NCBI RefSeq assembly: GCF_009834535.1
Contig: NC_045697.1
Span: 59,956,001-60,020,000, forward strand
DNA length: 64,000 bases
Reading direction: 5' to 3'
Origin: Camelus ferus
Lineage: Eukaryota
Shown here in pieces: positions 14,182 to 27,622 of this stretch. The translations under genes and the position numbers were made by a program. Below the pieces are notes generated by a model. It was not told the DNA's origin. It saw nothing but the letters and a program-made list of their open reading frames with translations, and made no database searches. The first letter of the stretch is position 1. The number at the start of each line of letters is the position of its first letter.

Positions 14182-14400
14182 TGTTGGTTTGCTATTGTCA
14201 CACTAGTGCTGCAAAACAACCACTCCAAAGCTCAGTGACTTTAAACAGCAGTCATTTATTTTCTTTTATGCTTCTGTGAGTCAGCTGGACTGGACTTGAC
14301 TCCTCATTATGGGCTGAGCTCAGATACGCTCCATGTGACCCTTCTGCCAGAGCAGAACGGTCAGCATCTACCTGGGAAAGTTCTCACTGGAATGAAAGTG
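14182..14400 (-). mobile_element. MLT1 LTR fragment
   Basis: aaacaaccactccaaagctcagtgactttaaacagcagtcatttatt. Confidence 0.65.
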
Positions 14401-14419
14401 TGGGGGGTTTTTTGTTTGT

Positions 14420-15760
14420 TTATTTAGTTTTTAATTTTGAAATAATTGTATATTCACAGAAAATTTCAAAGATAGTCCCATCTACAGAGAGGTCCCATGT
14501 ACCTTTGACCTAGTTTTCACCTACTGTCCCCCGATAGTTACATCTTATATTTCGTACAGTATCAAAAAGAATCTGACATTGGTCTAATGTGTGTGTATAG
14601 TTCTGTGTCATTTTATCGTATGTGTAGACTCATGTAACCACTACCACAATCAAGATACAGAACTATTTCACCACAAAGATCTCCCTCCATCCTCATTTAT
14701 GGTCACACGCATCCCCTACTCCCACCATTGGTAACCCTTGCCAACCGCAAATCTGCTCTCCATTTATATAATTCTGTCATTTTAAGAATATTATATGCAG
14801 TATGCAACCTTTCTAGATTGTCTATTTTCACTCATCATAATGCCCTTGAGATCCATTCAAGTTTGTGTGTATCATTAGTTCAATCCTGTTTATTGCTAAG
14901 TAGTATGTTATAGTATAGCTGTACAATAGTTGATTTAACCATTCCAGTACTGAGGGGCATGGCTGTTTCTATTTCTGGGCTATTACATATAAAGCCTCTG
15001 TGAACAGTTGTGTAGAAAGTTTTGTGTTGACAGGAGTTTTTATTTCTCTAAAATAAACATTCCAGAAGTGCAATTGCTGAGTTACATGGTAAATATGGGT
15101 TTAATTTTTAAATTAAGCGTTTTTTTCCCTCTCTAGAAAGAAACTTCATATATATGTTAGAATTGTTTACTAACCTCATCCTCTTCAGTCCTAGGAAGTT
15201 ACTAATCTGCCGTCCTTAGATTTTCCTATTCTGGACATTTGATTTAACTGGATTGTAAATAAAATTATATTTTATTACTAGGTTACTTCATTCAGCATAA
15301 TTTTTCAAGGTTTATCTATGTTGTAATATGAATCAATAATTCATTCTTTGTTACTACTAAATATTTCACTACAGGAATGTACCAATTTTCTTTGTTTCAT
15401 CAGTAGAATGGATTTGGCTATTCTAAATTTTGGTTTATCAATGCTGCTATGAATATTTGGTGCAAGTTTTTATGTGGACATATGTTTTCATTTCTTGGTA
15501 GAGAGCTAGGAGCAGAATTGCTGGGTAGTATAATAACTCTATGTTTAACATTTGGGGAACTGCCAAACTCTTTTCCAAAGTGACTGCAGCATTTTACATT
15601 TCCATCAGCAATGCTTGAGAGTTCTAGTTTTTCTATATCCTTGTCAACACTTGTTATTATCTTTGTGATTTATGCCATCCTAGTAGATGTGAAATGATAT
15701 TGTGATTTTGATTTTCAATTTCCCAATAAGTAATAATGTTGAATATCTTTTCATGTGATC
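14420..15760 (-). mobile_element. Old L1M (L1MB/MC-like) 3' ends, at least two pieces
   Basis: gtaaccactaccacaatcaagatacagaactatt, catatgttttcatttc...aggagcagaattgctgggt, ccatcctagtagatgtgaaatgata. Confidence 0.75.
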
Positions 15761-16049
15761 TGTTTCTCAAGGGAAAGATATTCTACATTGATTGCTTCAG
15801 TGTCCTGAGAAACATTTTTTTCATTTGTCCATAACTGATTCTTTTTTTTTGTTTTTTCAGGAAGGAGGGAAACCCAGTTCTATTTTTATGTTATTATCCC
15901 AAAAGTAAGAGTCCTTTATTACAATATTAAACAAGATGATCCTTATGATACACAGAAGTCAGTTAGAATTACATTACTTTTTGTAATTGTTTCAAAACAA
16001 ACCTAATAGCTGTATATGTGTTTGTAGCCTAATATACTGCAAAAAAAAA

Positions 16050-16163
16050 AAAAAAAAAATACTGTCCTGGTGAGAGTGGACTGAACTTCAGATTTAGGGC
16101 AAAAGATAAAAAAAAAATACTGTCCTGGTGAGAGTGGACTGAACTTCAGATTTAGGGCAAGAT
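16050..16163. repeat. Near-perfect tandem duplication, ~58-bp period
   Basis: A-run + tactgtcctggtgagagtggactgaacttcagatttagggcaa occurs twice (cores start at 16060 and 16118). Confidence 0.95.
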
Positions 16164-16399
16164 TTGCCTTTAAATCCAAAATCATAAGTGCTTCCAGTAT
16201 GTCCCATGAACCAAAATAGGGTTACCATTTTAACCAATATTTTTCTTTTCACATACATTTAATAAATTATTCATTGTAATTTTCTTGGCTAATTACATAA
16301 ATCACATATATAATGTGAATATATTGGTAAGAGTGACCAGTTGAAACTGTAGCCTGAGCAAACTTTGGGTAAAATAACTACCTCTCAGGTGTTTCAAAG

Positions 16400-16791
16400 T
16401 GCTATGTATTGAGTCATGTTTCCACCAAATTTCTATGTTGAATGCATAACCCCTGGGTCCTCAAAAAATGTGGCATTATTTGGAGATAGGGTTTTTACAG
16501 AGGTAACTAATCTAAAGTGAGTTTGTTAGGGTGGGCCCACATATGATACGACTGGTGTCCTTATAAGGAGGGGAATTTTGGACACAGAAGGAAGACAATA
16601 GGAAGGCGTAAGGAAAAGATGGCCATCTACAAGCCAAGGAGAGAGGCCTGAAACAGATTGTTACACAGCTCTAAGAAGGAACAAACCTGCTGTCATCTTG
16701 ACCTTGGACTCCAGAATTGTTAGACAATAAATTACTGTTGTTTAAGCCATCTAGTTTGTGGTGCTTTGTTACAGAAGCTCTAACAAATACA
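16400..16791 (+). mobile_element. MLT1A/B-type MaLR LTR
   Basis: tgctatg... start, tatttggagataggg, ggccatctacaagccaaggagagaggcc, gttgtttaagccatctagtttgtggtgctttgttacag...aataca end. aaag on both flanks. Confidence 0.85.
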
Positions 16792-17399
16792 AAAGGGAAT
16801 TAATTTATTTCAGGAACCCAGCTTTCCTTTTGCCTCCATTAGTCTGTCCTTTGCTATCACTCTGTTAGACTTGCCTTTCATTTTCGTTAGTCTTACAGTG
16901 ATCTGCAGAATAAATGTTGACTCTTTCATGATGCTGACACCATGTTAAGCCCCCGTCTGCTTCTGGCAGGTATTTTCTTCCCAAGACAAGAACATTTTCC
17001 CCAGTGACAGAACCTAACACAAAGCAGTAACCTGCCAGAAACTTTAATACGTCTATGGCAACAAGATTAGAATGCCATTTACTGCTAAAGTTCAAATCAA
17101 CAATTCTTTGGAGGGAGGACAGGATGCTAACATCTGGAATAGCGCTTTTATCCAAAGGATAAAGAAGTCAGTGTTTTTTTTCCTTTTTGTGGTGACTTTT
17201 CTTCAATGAAGTTTTGAAAGACTGTGTACCAAAGGCTGTATTAAGATTCTTTCTTGAGTAGATTTCCAGTTTACCTTAGCAGGAAAGGAAGACATACATT
17301 TAATAAAGGACAGATTAAAAAGGGGAAAATAATAAATAGGGAAACAAAAATTAATTTTACTCTCACGTGTTTGTAATTCTTTTTCAGTTCAGATGTCTA

Positions 17400-18950
17400 T
17401 TTTCTCTTAAATGATGAAAAAATTATTTATGCCAAGCATAGAGTTTAATTTAGTAGATATAGGAAAAAATTAGAAGTTTTTTCTTTAATACTTAAAATAT
17501 TTTACTTTCTTCTTGTTTGCATGGTTTCCAATTAGAAGAACAATAACAAGAATTATAATGGACTTCTTAAGTTGTTTCTTTTTTTTTTCCTCAAAATTTT
17601 CTGGTTTTCATCAGCGTGAATATGATATGCCTAGGTGTGCCCTTGGTGCTTATTTTGCTTGGTGTTCTCTGAGCTTCATGGGTCTCTGGTTTGTTTTCTG
17701 TCCTTAATTTTGGAAATTTCTGGGCCATTATTAATTCAAATATTTCTTCTCCTTTCAGTCTTCTCCCCTAATATTCCAAGTATGCATGTATTACACACTT
17801 TATTTGCCCTGTAAATAGTAGTTCTGGATGTTCCTGTAGTTCTCAGATGTTCCATTCTGTTTCTCCTACTTCTTCTTCTTCTCTGCCTCCTCACTGTTCC
17901 CCCTCCTCCTTCTCCTTCTTCTTCATTATTCCTTTTGCACGTTGAATTTCAGTTTAGCTTGGTAAGTTTCTATCAGTCTATATTCATGCTCACTAATTAT
18001 TTCTTCACCAGTTTCTATCAATTGATGAGCCCATCAAAAACATTCTTTGATTTATGATACTTTTTTCCTTAATAATTCCTTTCAATTCATAGAATTTCCA
18101 TCTTTCTCCTTACATCCCATATGTTCTTGCATGTTTTTCCATTAGAGCCCTTGACATGTTAATCAGGGTTATTATAAATTTCATCTCTGAAAATTCTACC
18201 ATTTGTATCATGAAACTGGTTCTGATGCTTGCTTGGTCCCTTCAGACTGTGATTTTGCTTGTCCTTTAGCATGTTTTGTAGTTTTTTTGTTGAAAGATGT
18301 ATGTGACATATTGAATAACAGGAACTGAAGTAAATTCACTGGCCTTTAGTATAAAATTTTAAGTTAACCTAGCTAGAATTTGACCTGTGTTTAGTGTTTG
18401 CCATAGTTATATATACCAGAGGCTTCAGATTACTCTAGTGTAATGTCTCCCCTATTGGCTTTGGGTTTTTCTAAATTCTTTTTGCGAAAAGTATGTTTCA
18501 TAAAGTTCTTTCAGCTGTGGTCCACTGTTACCATGCTAGAGCCTTGTTGGTTTGATAGTACAGTGGAGAAGAGGGGAAGTTTTCTATAATCATAATTACA
18601 TATAATTCTTGTAGGGTACCTAGCATGTGACCTTCGCAAGAGTTTTTAAAAGACTCCTCCCCCCTTTAAGTGATACAGATAGTGGAAGCTAGAGGGGGCG
18701 AATTGCCTTTCACCCAGGCAGGATAAGGCACTGATAAAGCCTTCATCCCTGGACAGGCCTTTCTGTATGAAGTGTGCTCTGTTCTGTTTCACAGTGATTA
18801 TTGTTCTCTCTCACATCAGAGCCATAGGTGATCTTTCTCAAGTTTTTACTATGAAAACCCAATGCAGTTGCTCAAGATAAAACCCATGAAAGTCTTGGGT
18901 TCCTTAAGTCTGTGGCCATAGGAGTTTCCCATTCATTCTAGTGCTACTCA
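17400..18950 (-). mobile_element. Old L1M ORF1/5'UTR relic
   Basis: ttttggaaatttctgggccattattaattcaaatatttcttct, attgatgagcccatcaaaaacattc; 5'UTR-like block at 18580-18950. Confidence 0.65.
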
Positions 18951-21900
18951 GCTTAAAATGAAAATAAGACTTTTTCAAAATTCTATTTGGCAAACTAGTC
19001 AGTGTCCATTAGGATTGTCATATGATACATAATTTTATATTAAAAAATGCAAATTAGAACAGACATGAAAGTGGAGGGTTCCTCTCAATTCATCACTGGA
19101 TAGAATACTTCCTTACATAAAATACTAATGAACATGGTTCTAAAACAGTAATTATCCACTGTAGTTGGAAAATCAAATTTAGGCTTAAAAATGTATTAAA
19201 ATCTATAGCCACAGTTCTAACAAGCACAGTAATTTATCAAATGGAACGTTTAAAAATAGTATGGGTTTTAAAATCAAGCTTTTATTACTGAATATCTGCC
19301 ATAAACATTGAAATTGTACATAATGACCCAAATTTATTAAAGAATCTGAAATACAAGCTTTTTATGTATGTTACTAAAGATGATTCAGTAATTATTTATT
19401 TTTAGTTACTAAAAAATCAAGTATTATTTATATTTTATATTGCTCAGATATTTATCATTAGATTATCATTATTCAATAGATTTCTTTCAGGCCAAGATTA
19501 TTCCTGGCTTGGAGATGACTAAAATGAAATATAGCAAAGTACTTTCACATTTAAGAATGTAACAGCAAACCTAGTTTTGTATAAGGAATTCATTCTTATT
19601 CTTTGTACAATTAACATTTTCATAAGTTGAAATTCCGATGAGGTTGCATCCAAGGTATTCAACTGCCCAATTCAGTGTAGGCAGGAATTCTTTAAAGCCC
19701 TTTTTAGCGGCTAGTCTGCTGTTTATGTGGATATATGGCAGGGGAATTATTTCCTGTTGTTGCTATGGTAGCTTTCTGCACTTTTTGACTCTGTTGACCA
19801 CAGCCATTTGTCTCACAGATTAAGTGCTGTACCTGCATTGATTTATCTGCTATAGCACTTGTTCTGGTTTAATTTAATTATTTCTTGTGTATGCAGCTTA
19901 TTGCATTAGGTTTCATGTATTTATCCATTTAAAATATATTTTGTCATGTATTGCTAGAGCATCTGGGCACCCTAAAGTAAATAAGAGTTAAACCAATTTA
20001 TGAATAATAAACCTATCCATTTAATCAGAAACCTATTTCCACACTAACAGCTGTAACTACCTGCTAAGTAAGATTACACGTATACCTGACTCTTTGAATC
20101 AAAATACTCGCAAAACAAAATTTACTCATATTGTTCCCGGTTCAGTCGACTTAAAATCCCAACTTTCCTAGTCGTTACTTTATCAGTATCGTTCTAAGTT
20201 ATGTTTGAAAGTTTTTGGAAATTTAAACAGTAACATTTCTTGGGGTTCATCTGCCAGATAATGGTTCAAGAAATGCCTCGTGCTGAATGCCTTCTGTGGC
20301 TCATACTTTCTATAATACGGAGATCAGTGGTGTAATGATAAAGAAGTCAATGAGCTGTTTCATCCTGATGGGGATTTCACGGCTTATTCTCACATAGAGC
20401 AGTTATAGATTTGCTGTAGCATGATGAGGCTAAGATTATGGCTTTCATATGGAGTTCTTGGGACAGGTAAGGCTTTGTCCTACCCCCTCAGCTGTTGGTA
20501 GTCAAAGGCCTATTTTCTTCAAATCACAGGACAGCTTACCTGGGGGGTCTCATCATAAGGGCTTGGATAGGATCTTTGTCCTGTGTGCTTCCCATCCCAG
20601 AGCGACTATACAGCAGAGCACTCCTTCCAGTGGGGGTTTTTCACAGCTCAGAGAAACTTGCTTCGAAGTTTGGATTTGGAGATGCCTCATTCACATCCCA
20701 TATTTTACTTCTTGATAATAGAGGTGAACGTAAATTGTGTGACATAATCTATATGTTACTTTTAATCTTAATGATAATCCCATAAAGTGATTCAGCTAAA
20801 ATGGCACAGTTAATGACTGACAGAGCCAGAATGCAGGCTAGGCCTTCCTGGCCTCAATGGCCAGGCTGTTTCTCCCTGATAACATTGTCTCCAAGAGGGT
20901 AACTGCATTTTCAGGGTAATTGCAGGTGACTGCAAAAAACTTAAAAGCATATTTTATTTGTGGTTATAGTTTATGATCTCAGACATAAACTTATGTTTAT
21001 TAATTTGTAAATATCTGAGCTGTTTTCAAAAGTTTAATCATGTCAAACTTTCCAAAAAGTTTATAGCAAGACATACGAGAGATCTTAAAATGGTATTTAT
21101 GAACTGTGTATTGGACTCTGACAGCTATATACTCATTGCTTATTATTTTATTTTCAAAATAGTATTTGGATCTGAGTTTGGTACATATGTTTAAACCTAA
21201 AGATAGTAGTTTTGCCAACTAGTGGATAAGCTTTCAGGATATAACCAAATTTTAAAATATGTGTCTTTTTCAGGTTTGGAAATCCCAAGATAATAAATTG
21301 AGGTGCTAGATTTTCTATGCAGGCTGAGAAAAGAACATATTCAAAATCTGCTTTGACAACTCTTACCCTCACATCAAGGGTATAACATGGTTGAAAATAG
21401 AGAGGGCAGTGGTAACACTGAGGCAGGATTTATTTTGAGAGTTTCTAACTGTTCTTCATTCCCCTATCTTGAATGACATAGTTCTTCTTAGATCAAGATG
21501 AAGAAAGGACTTTAAAGAAACTACTTACAGATATTATATTTATCCTCTGTAATTTGGGGGCTCATTGAATTGGTTTTAAATTGTGGTTGTGAAAAAAAAA
21601 AAAGTCTCCAAGGTAAGCTGAAGTGGCTTGAAGCTGCCTAGCTGCTTGGCTTTGGTCATGTTTGGAAAATAATTGCACACCTCTATGCACTTGGGCAAAG
21701 GTACATGATTTTCAGGGACTAGTCTTAGAATCTATGGTTGGACTAATAGTTAAAGATATTAAAGATCCTGGTCAAAAAGTCTGTGTCAGAGGCAAAACAA
21801 ATCAGAGAATGCAGATGGATATGAACTTTCAGATGAAGAAAAATTAACAAGACGACAATAGAGGTAGAGGGTCAATGCAGGGAGAAAAACTGTCCAACAT

Positions 21901-22040
21901 CATGATAGTTGCAGTAGGAGGAATTGATCAGGGAGTCCACCAAAGGAAGCGGGAGGAAAAGGGTAAGCCTTCAGTGTCTGCCAAAGTAAGGACTTTTGTG
22001 CTTCTTATATTTGCACTTTACTACAATCTTAATTCTGAAA

Positions 22041-22394
22041 TGTATCAGTAAGCTCTTGCTGTGTAACCACCCTAGAACTTAGTGAGTTCAAGCAACGAAC
22101 ATTGATTTTTCATGACTTAAAGTGTAAACTTAGTGGTTGTTCTTGTGTAAGATGGCTTGGCTAATGTTAAGGTTCATTTGGCAGCTTGGCTGGGATGATA
22201 ATCTAGGATGGCCAGTCTCACATGTTTGGCAGTTGGCTTGAGGTCAGCCAGGACAAATGAGATTACTTGGCCACATATCTCTCTTTATCCAGCATGCTCT
22301 TCCTGACACATTCATATGGAGATGGTCACAGTGTTCCCACATACAGCCAAGAGAGGCTAAGGCTCAATGCACAAATACTTTTAAGTCTGTTTTG
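22041..22394 (-). mobile_element. MLT1 LTR, truncated at the inverted-repeat arm
   Basis: tgtatcag...gtaaccaccctagaacttagtg, tctcacatgtttggcagttggc, tccagcatgct. Confidence 0.7.
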
Positions 22395-22988
22395 CATAGT
22401 TTGGGCTAGATCCAATAGTTTTGAGGTTCTACTCCACTATAAGATTGCTTCTTAGCAATTAATTAGCAACATTATGTGGAACAAGAACTCAAAAGATGTA
22501 GCCATAGCATACTGTCCTGTTGCTTAAAGCAGTTCAGAAGGATAAGCCTACGGTCTAGGAGGGAACGGGAAACAAGGAGGGAAACTATTGTGGCAGATTT
22601 TGCAAACATTATGTCCCTTGAAGATTTTAGAAGCAGTTTAGATAAGCCAGGCAAAATGAGAGAAGAGAAAAAATACTCAATTTTACATGAGATACACAGT
22701 GTTGGTTATTTTTGCAGGACCACTTTAGTAGGGACTGTAGTGTCTGTAGTACTTTTATTATCAGAGAATGACAGGAAAGGTTAAGACACCATTCTCAGAT
22801 TTTATTCAAATTTAGAGTAAGTATGAACCTACTAAATACATATGAGCAGATGCGGAAGGGGAAAAATAATAATATTGCTTTATGACTACATCTTTTGAGT
22901 TCTTCTTGTTCCATGTAATATTTAGAGCTAAGAAGCAATCTTATAGTGGAGTAGAGCCTCAAAGCTATTGAATCTAGCCCAAACTATG
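22395..22988. repeat. Inverted repeat: ~110-bp arms (22395-22506 and 22881-22988), ~375-bp spacer
   Basis: catagtttgggctagatccaatagttttgaggttctactccactataagattgcttcttagc...gaactcaaaagatgtagccata is the reverse complement of 22881-22988, with a few substitutions and two small indels. Confidence 0.95.
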
Positions 22989-23199
22989 TTTCTTTTGGCG
23001 TATTCAGTATTAATCAAATATATTAGTCATCCGGGTGTAAAAATGAGGAGACCTTATATAAAAAAATCCTGAATTTTTAATATCATTGAAAAAGCTTCAT
23101 CACTCAAGTCAGGTGTGGGCTGGAACTGAGCATCAGCTAGAGAAGATTTATGACTTCTTTCTATTGAAATCCCTCCTTGGCCTACTTTAAGGTCACACA

Positions 23200-24100
23200 G
23201 CTAATGGTAGTAAATACATACATACATGTAGATACACTTCTGTATGACTGCAAACCCCCTGCCTTCCCTTGCAATACCCCGACCAAATGTATTCTACCAA
23301 CCCAAACTTACAATGTTCGTATTGTATAGTATTATAGAATTGTATTAGATTATGGCTATACTTTCTTTTTTAATTCTGTTTCCCTCTTTTGTAAATTTTT
23401 GTTATTAAGGTTTTTTTTTTTTTTAAAGGAGAGATGTATGAAAGTATTGTACTGCCCTTGCTTAACATATTTTTTACAGAATTTTCTGAATTTGTTTCTT
23501 TTTGTGTACTTCATTCAAAAGAATTTTTTTTTCCAAATTTGGCTTTGGCATGTATGCTGAAAGTCTTGTGTTTTTGAGATCTTTTTTGTTGTTTAAATTG
23601 AATGCCAATGTGTTTATATTTAATTTGAAAGTTCTTATCGGTTAATACTTTAAAAACAACAACTTACTGTGTTTCATTCAGGATTGCAATTGAGAAATTT
23701 AATGTCACCTGATTCTTATTCTTAATGGTCTATTATTCACTTCTGGAAACTTTCATAATTTTTTCTTTTATTGATATTTTTGCATTACATTATGATGTTT
23801 TGAGGCAGAAGGTTTTCTTAGTATCATTTGTTTGGCAAGCCAAAGGTAATTTCAGCCTAATGTCGCTGCCTAATTATCCCTTTTTATAAAATAGCTTAGC
23901 CTTCCCATTTTAACTTTTCCCTTTTATTATTCATGTATTGATGCTAATTCTTTATTTCATATCTCTTGTCTTTTATTTTTCTTTATTCCTTCTTTTTTTT
24001 TCCTGGAGATTTTGTCAATCTAGTTTTCCATTTGTGTTTCAGGCACTTTTCAGAGTTCACTGAATTTTGGTAATTTCAGTGATAATTAAAAAAAAATTTG
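23200..24100 (-). mobile_element. Highly diverged L1ME-like relic
   Basis: T-rich, with ORF1-region L1 minus-strand motifs (ttgcaattgagaaatttaatgtcacctgattc). Confidence 0.45.
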
Positions 24101-25379
24101 TAAAATATTCTACAAAGATTTAATATTTCTAAAGTAAAAAATAGAGTATTCATAAATAGGTAATGGACCAACAATGCACACATTTAACTTTTTATTAATA
24201 TTAATTATTTTATTAATAAAGATACATCTAGAAAATGAGGTTATACTCAAATTTAAGTCAAAGATATGGGTATTAAAGCATATAGAACAACTGAGCACAT
24301 ATTAAAAACTCAGGGTGAATCACTACTGTAATTATTGTGATCAATATGCAGTTATTTAATATGGCAGGGGCATGCTTATAAAATGTGAGAATATTCAAGC
24401 TATAATTTTAAGTGAAGTTTGATAGCATTATAATATATACTTAAAAGCTTCTATTGCATATTAAGAGAATTAGCCCTTGAAGTTAAGCCTGTGTTCATAC
24501 TATTTTCTGTGTCTGGAATACTATTTCCTCTATTTACCAGGTTTTTCAATTCTCGTCTATTGTCTTGTTTTCATTCAAGAAGTGTTCCCTGGCCTCAAAA
24601 ATCTAAATTAAACTGCCTACATAGTTTTCCTTATTACATTATAATAGCTTAGTCATAGCACTTACTAAAGATTATATATTTGTCCATTGACATTTCTATG
24701 TACCAATAGAATATACTCTCCATAGGAGTAGGATCATGCCTTCTTGTTTTTTTATTCCCAACACTTGGCTGGGAGTAGATTCAGTACATAATTTAAATAA
24801 TAAATAGAAAGGAAGAAGGGAGGAGAGAGAGGGAATGGAGGAAGGAAGAATCAGATAATAGGATATTTTCATTTTCTTCATTGTGAATTTTTTTTAACCT
24901 GTGTGCTCTGGATCTGAATTCCCTGAATTGACTTATTTCTGTCTACTTGTCATCCTTTTGATACTTTGAGAATACAAGGATAGTTTAAATCCCTTGGATT
25001 TCTTAGAGTAGCTGATGAAGATGTATATCTGATAAATATGTTGATTGTCATGATTATTTCCTAGGCAGTGCTTTCAACTTCTACCTCTCCTACAGGAGGA
25101 GGGTGTAATACTGTTTAATCATTTAAGAATCACCGCTGTTCTATTATTTTGTCTGACATGAGCTGATTGTATTACATGATATCAGTATACAGATTTATTC
25201 ATAGTACTATAGTATTTTTGTTTTTAACAATCCATCAACATTAGTACTTCTTGGCTTATTTATTTCTTGATTTATTATATATTTAATAATACTATTACAT
25301 GATAATGATATTAAATACATGATATTTTAGAGGGATATTGAAACTGACAGGAATTAAGACGAATTATGGGGAGAGAAGC

Positions 25380-25389
25380 AAGATGGCGG
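25380..25389 (+). promoter_or_regulatory. YY1 site at the L1 5' end (internal promoter)
   Basis: AAGATGGCGG about 12 bp from the element start, the usual position in mammalian L1. Copy 2 has AAGATGGTGG (CpG decay) at 60007-60016. Confidence 0.7.
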
Positions 25390-26581
25390 AGTAGAAGGAT
25401 GCTCGTAGCTCACCCTCTCCCACAAATACACTAAAACTCAAATCTATGGATCCACTCAGCCAACCAGAGCACCTGCGGAACTCCGACAGAACATTGCCCT
25501 CTTCCAAAGACAAAGACACCAAAAATAGGGTAGGAGAAAAGGAAAAAAGAAAGAAGAAAAAGCAAAACAATGTGGGACTGGTCCTGCGGGGAGGGAGCTG
25601 CAAAGGAGGAATAGCACTCGTTCACTGGGTCTGGGTCTCCCCCCCCTCCAATGGAGAGGCCAGCGGGTTGGAGGGGGAGCCTCCGAGGCTCAGATCTGCC
25701 CCGAGCAGCCCTTGACTGACAGAACTAAGTTAAATGGGCACAAAGGGTCCCCATGACACCCAGCCCAAGATGCGAGCTGACAGCCTGGAGCCGGGATAGG
25801 CCGTCCGGGCTGGACAGAGGACTGGGGCGGCTGCACTGAGGCATCCCTGGGGGATTGCAGGGTGCTGTGCACCATGGCTGGGAAGGGATACAGAGCAGAA
25901 CAACCTCGGTCCCCCATAAATTGCAAAGAAAGCAAAGCAATATGGCTGGTGTGCCCTGAAGGGAGGGGCACTGTAGCCTTTGTCTCCTCAGAACCGTGGC
26001 ACCATTACTAGAGCTTCTCACAAGAAGAGAGGTGGGGTGCAGCCACAGCCACCATCTCCTCATGTGCGCAGCACCCAGGTTAGGGCAGGGCCGAGACCTG
26101 AATCCACAACGGAGGGCTCCGCAACCTCCTAGGCAGGACTGACTTGTTTATAGCCCAAGGCAGATAGGATCTTTCTGCCCTGGCACCTCAGAGAACTCGT
26201 GCTGCCAAGACAACCATGAGCTGAGATTTGGCATGAAGCAGGGGTGGGGCTGTTCCGTGGTCTTCCCTGAGCCCGCCTACAGAGTGTGGACCTGAGGTGG
26301 AGCAGGCAGCTGCACAGAGCAGCAGACTGACCAGCTGCTGTGAGAGGGTGGGCAGCAACACGCCTTCCTGGCAGGAACGCAGCACCTGAACACGGTGCTG
26401 GGAGGGGGTTCACCACCTGCCTCACCCGAGCGCAGCATCTGACTGTGGCATCAGGAGGGGGAGTGACCTGCCCACCCACCGGTTTTATTCCTGCATAGGC
26501 TTTAGATAGATAAATAAACAAACTCCTTAAGGACCACAATAGATAACTGATACTCCTCAAGCTTCACAGTGCCAGAGAGAT

Positions 26582-27480
26582 ATGAGCAATATGAAGAAGC
26601 AGAGGAACCACTTCCAATTAAAAGATCAAGAGAAATCCCTTGAAAGCACGATCAAGAAAATAGACATTGATAGCCTGCTAGATCAAGATTTCAAAAAAGG
26701 AGTGATCAAAGTACTGAAGGAACTAAAAGAAATAGTGTTTAGAGATATAAAATATGTCAAAAAAGAAATAGAAGCTATAAAGAAGAACCAAGAATTAGTA
26801 AACTCATTTGCTGAGATGAGAGCTGCCTAAAGGCTGTACAAAAGCAGGCTAGATCATGCAGAGGAACGAATAAGTGACCTGGAAGACAGGACAACAGAAA
26901 GCACCCAATCAGAACAGCTGGAAAGAAAGACAAATAAAAAACTATGAAAACAATATAAGGGACCTACAGGATAATATAAAGCATGCCAATCTATGCATAA
27001 TAGGGATTCCAGAAGGGGAAGAAAGAACAAAGGGGATTGAAAAGGTATTTGAAGAAATCATGTCTGAAAACTTCCCAAACCTGAAGAAGGAATCAGATAT
27101 CCAAGTACAGGAGGCTCAGAGGGTCCCAAGCAGGAAGAACCCAAACAGACCCACACCAAGACATATCATCATCAAGATGGCCAGAGTCAAGGATAAAGAA
27201 AGGATCCTAAAGGCAGCAAGAGAAAAACAAAGAGTGAGTTACAAGGGAACCCCCATAAGGCTCTCAGCTGATTTCTCTACACAAACATTACAGGCCAGAA
27301 GGGAGTGGCAAGATATAGTCAAAGTCCTGAATGAAAAAAAGATGCAGCCTAGGATACTCTATCCAGCAAGGCTATCCTTTAGAATAGGAAGAGAGAGAAA
27401 GAACTTCACAGACAAGCAAAAACTAAGAGTTTAGCAACACTAAACCCATGCTAAAAGAAATATTGACAGGTCTACTCTAA
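26582..27480 (+). pseudogene. L1 ORF1p, disrupted (stop plus frameshifts)
   Basis: Coiled coil SRLDHAEERISDLEDR, RRM NLCIIGIPEGEE/ENFPNL/PRHIIIK, CTD ARREW/YPARLSF. The native end (F)SNTKPMLKEILTGLL* lies in a shifted frame ending at 27480. In-frame TAA at 26828. Confidence 0.92.
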
Positions 27481-27622
27481 ATAGAAAAGAAGCAGGATGC
27501 TACAAAAATGAGAAACTCATAACTGGAAAGGAGATAACTGCCATGAATTACAAAAAGAATAAACACAAAATTGTAAAAGAAGACATCTAAATCATTAAGA
27601 GTGGGAGAGGGAAGCAAGGAAA

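Noticed and set aside
16865..17155. 96-aa minus-strand ORF or possible exon in unique sequence
   Set aside because: Non-ATG start, no recognisable domain and no convincing pair of splice sites.
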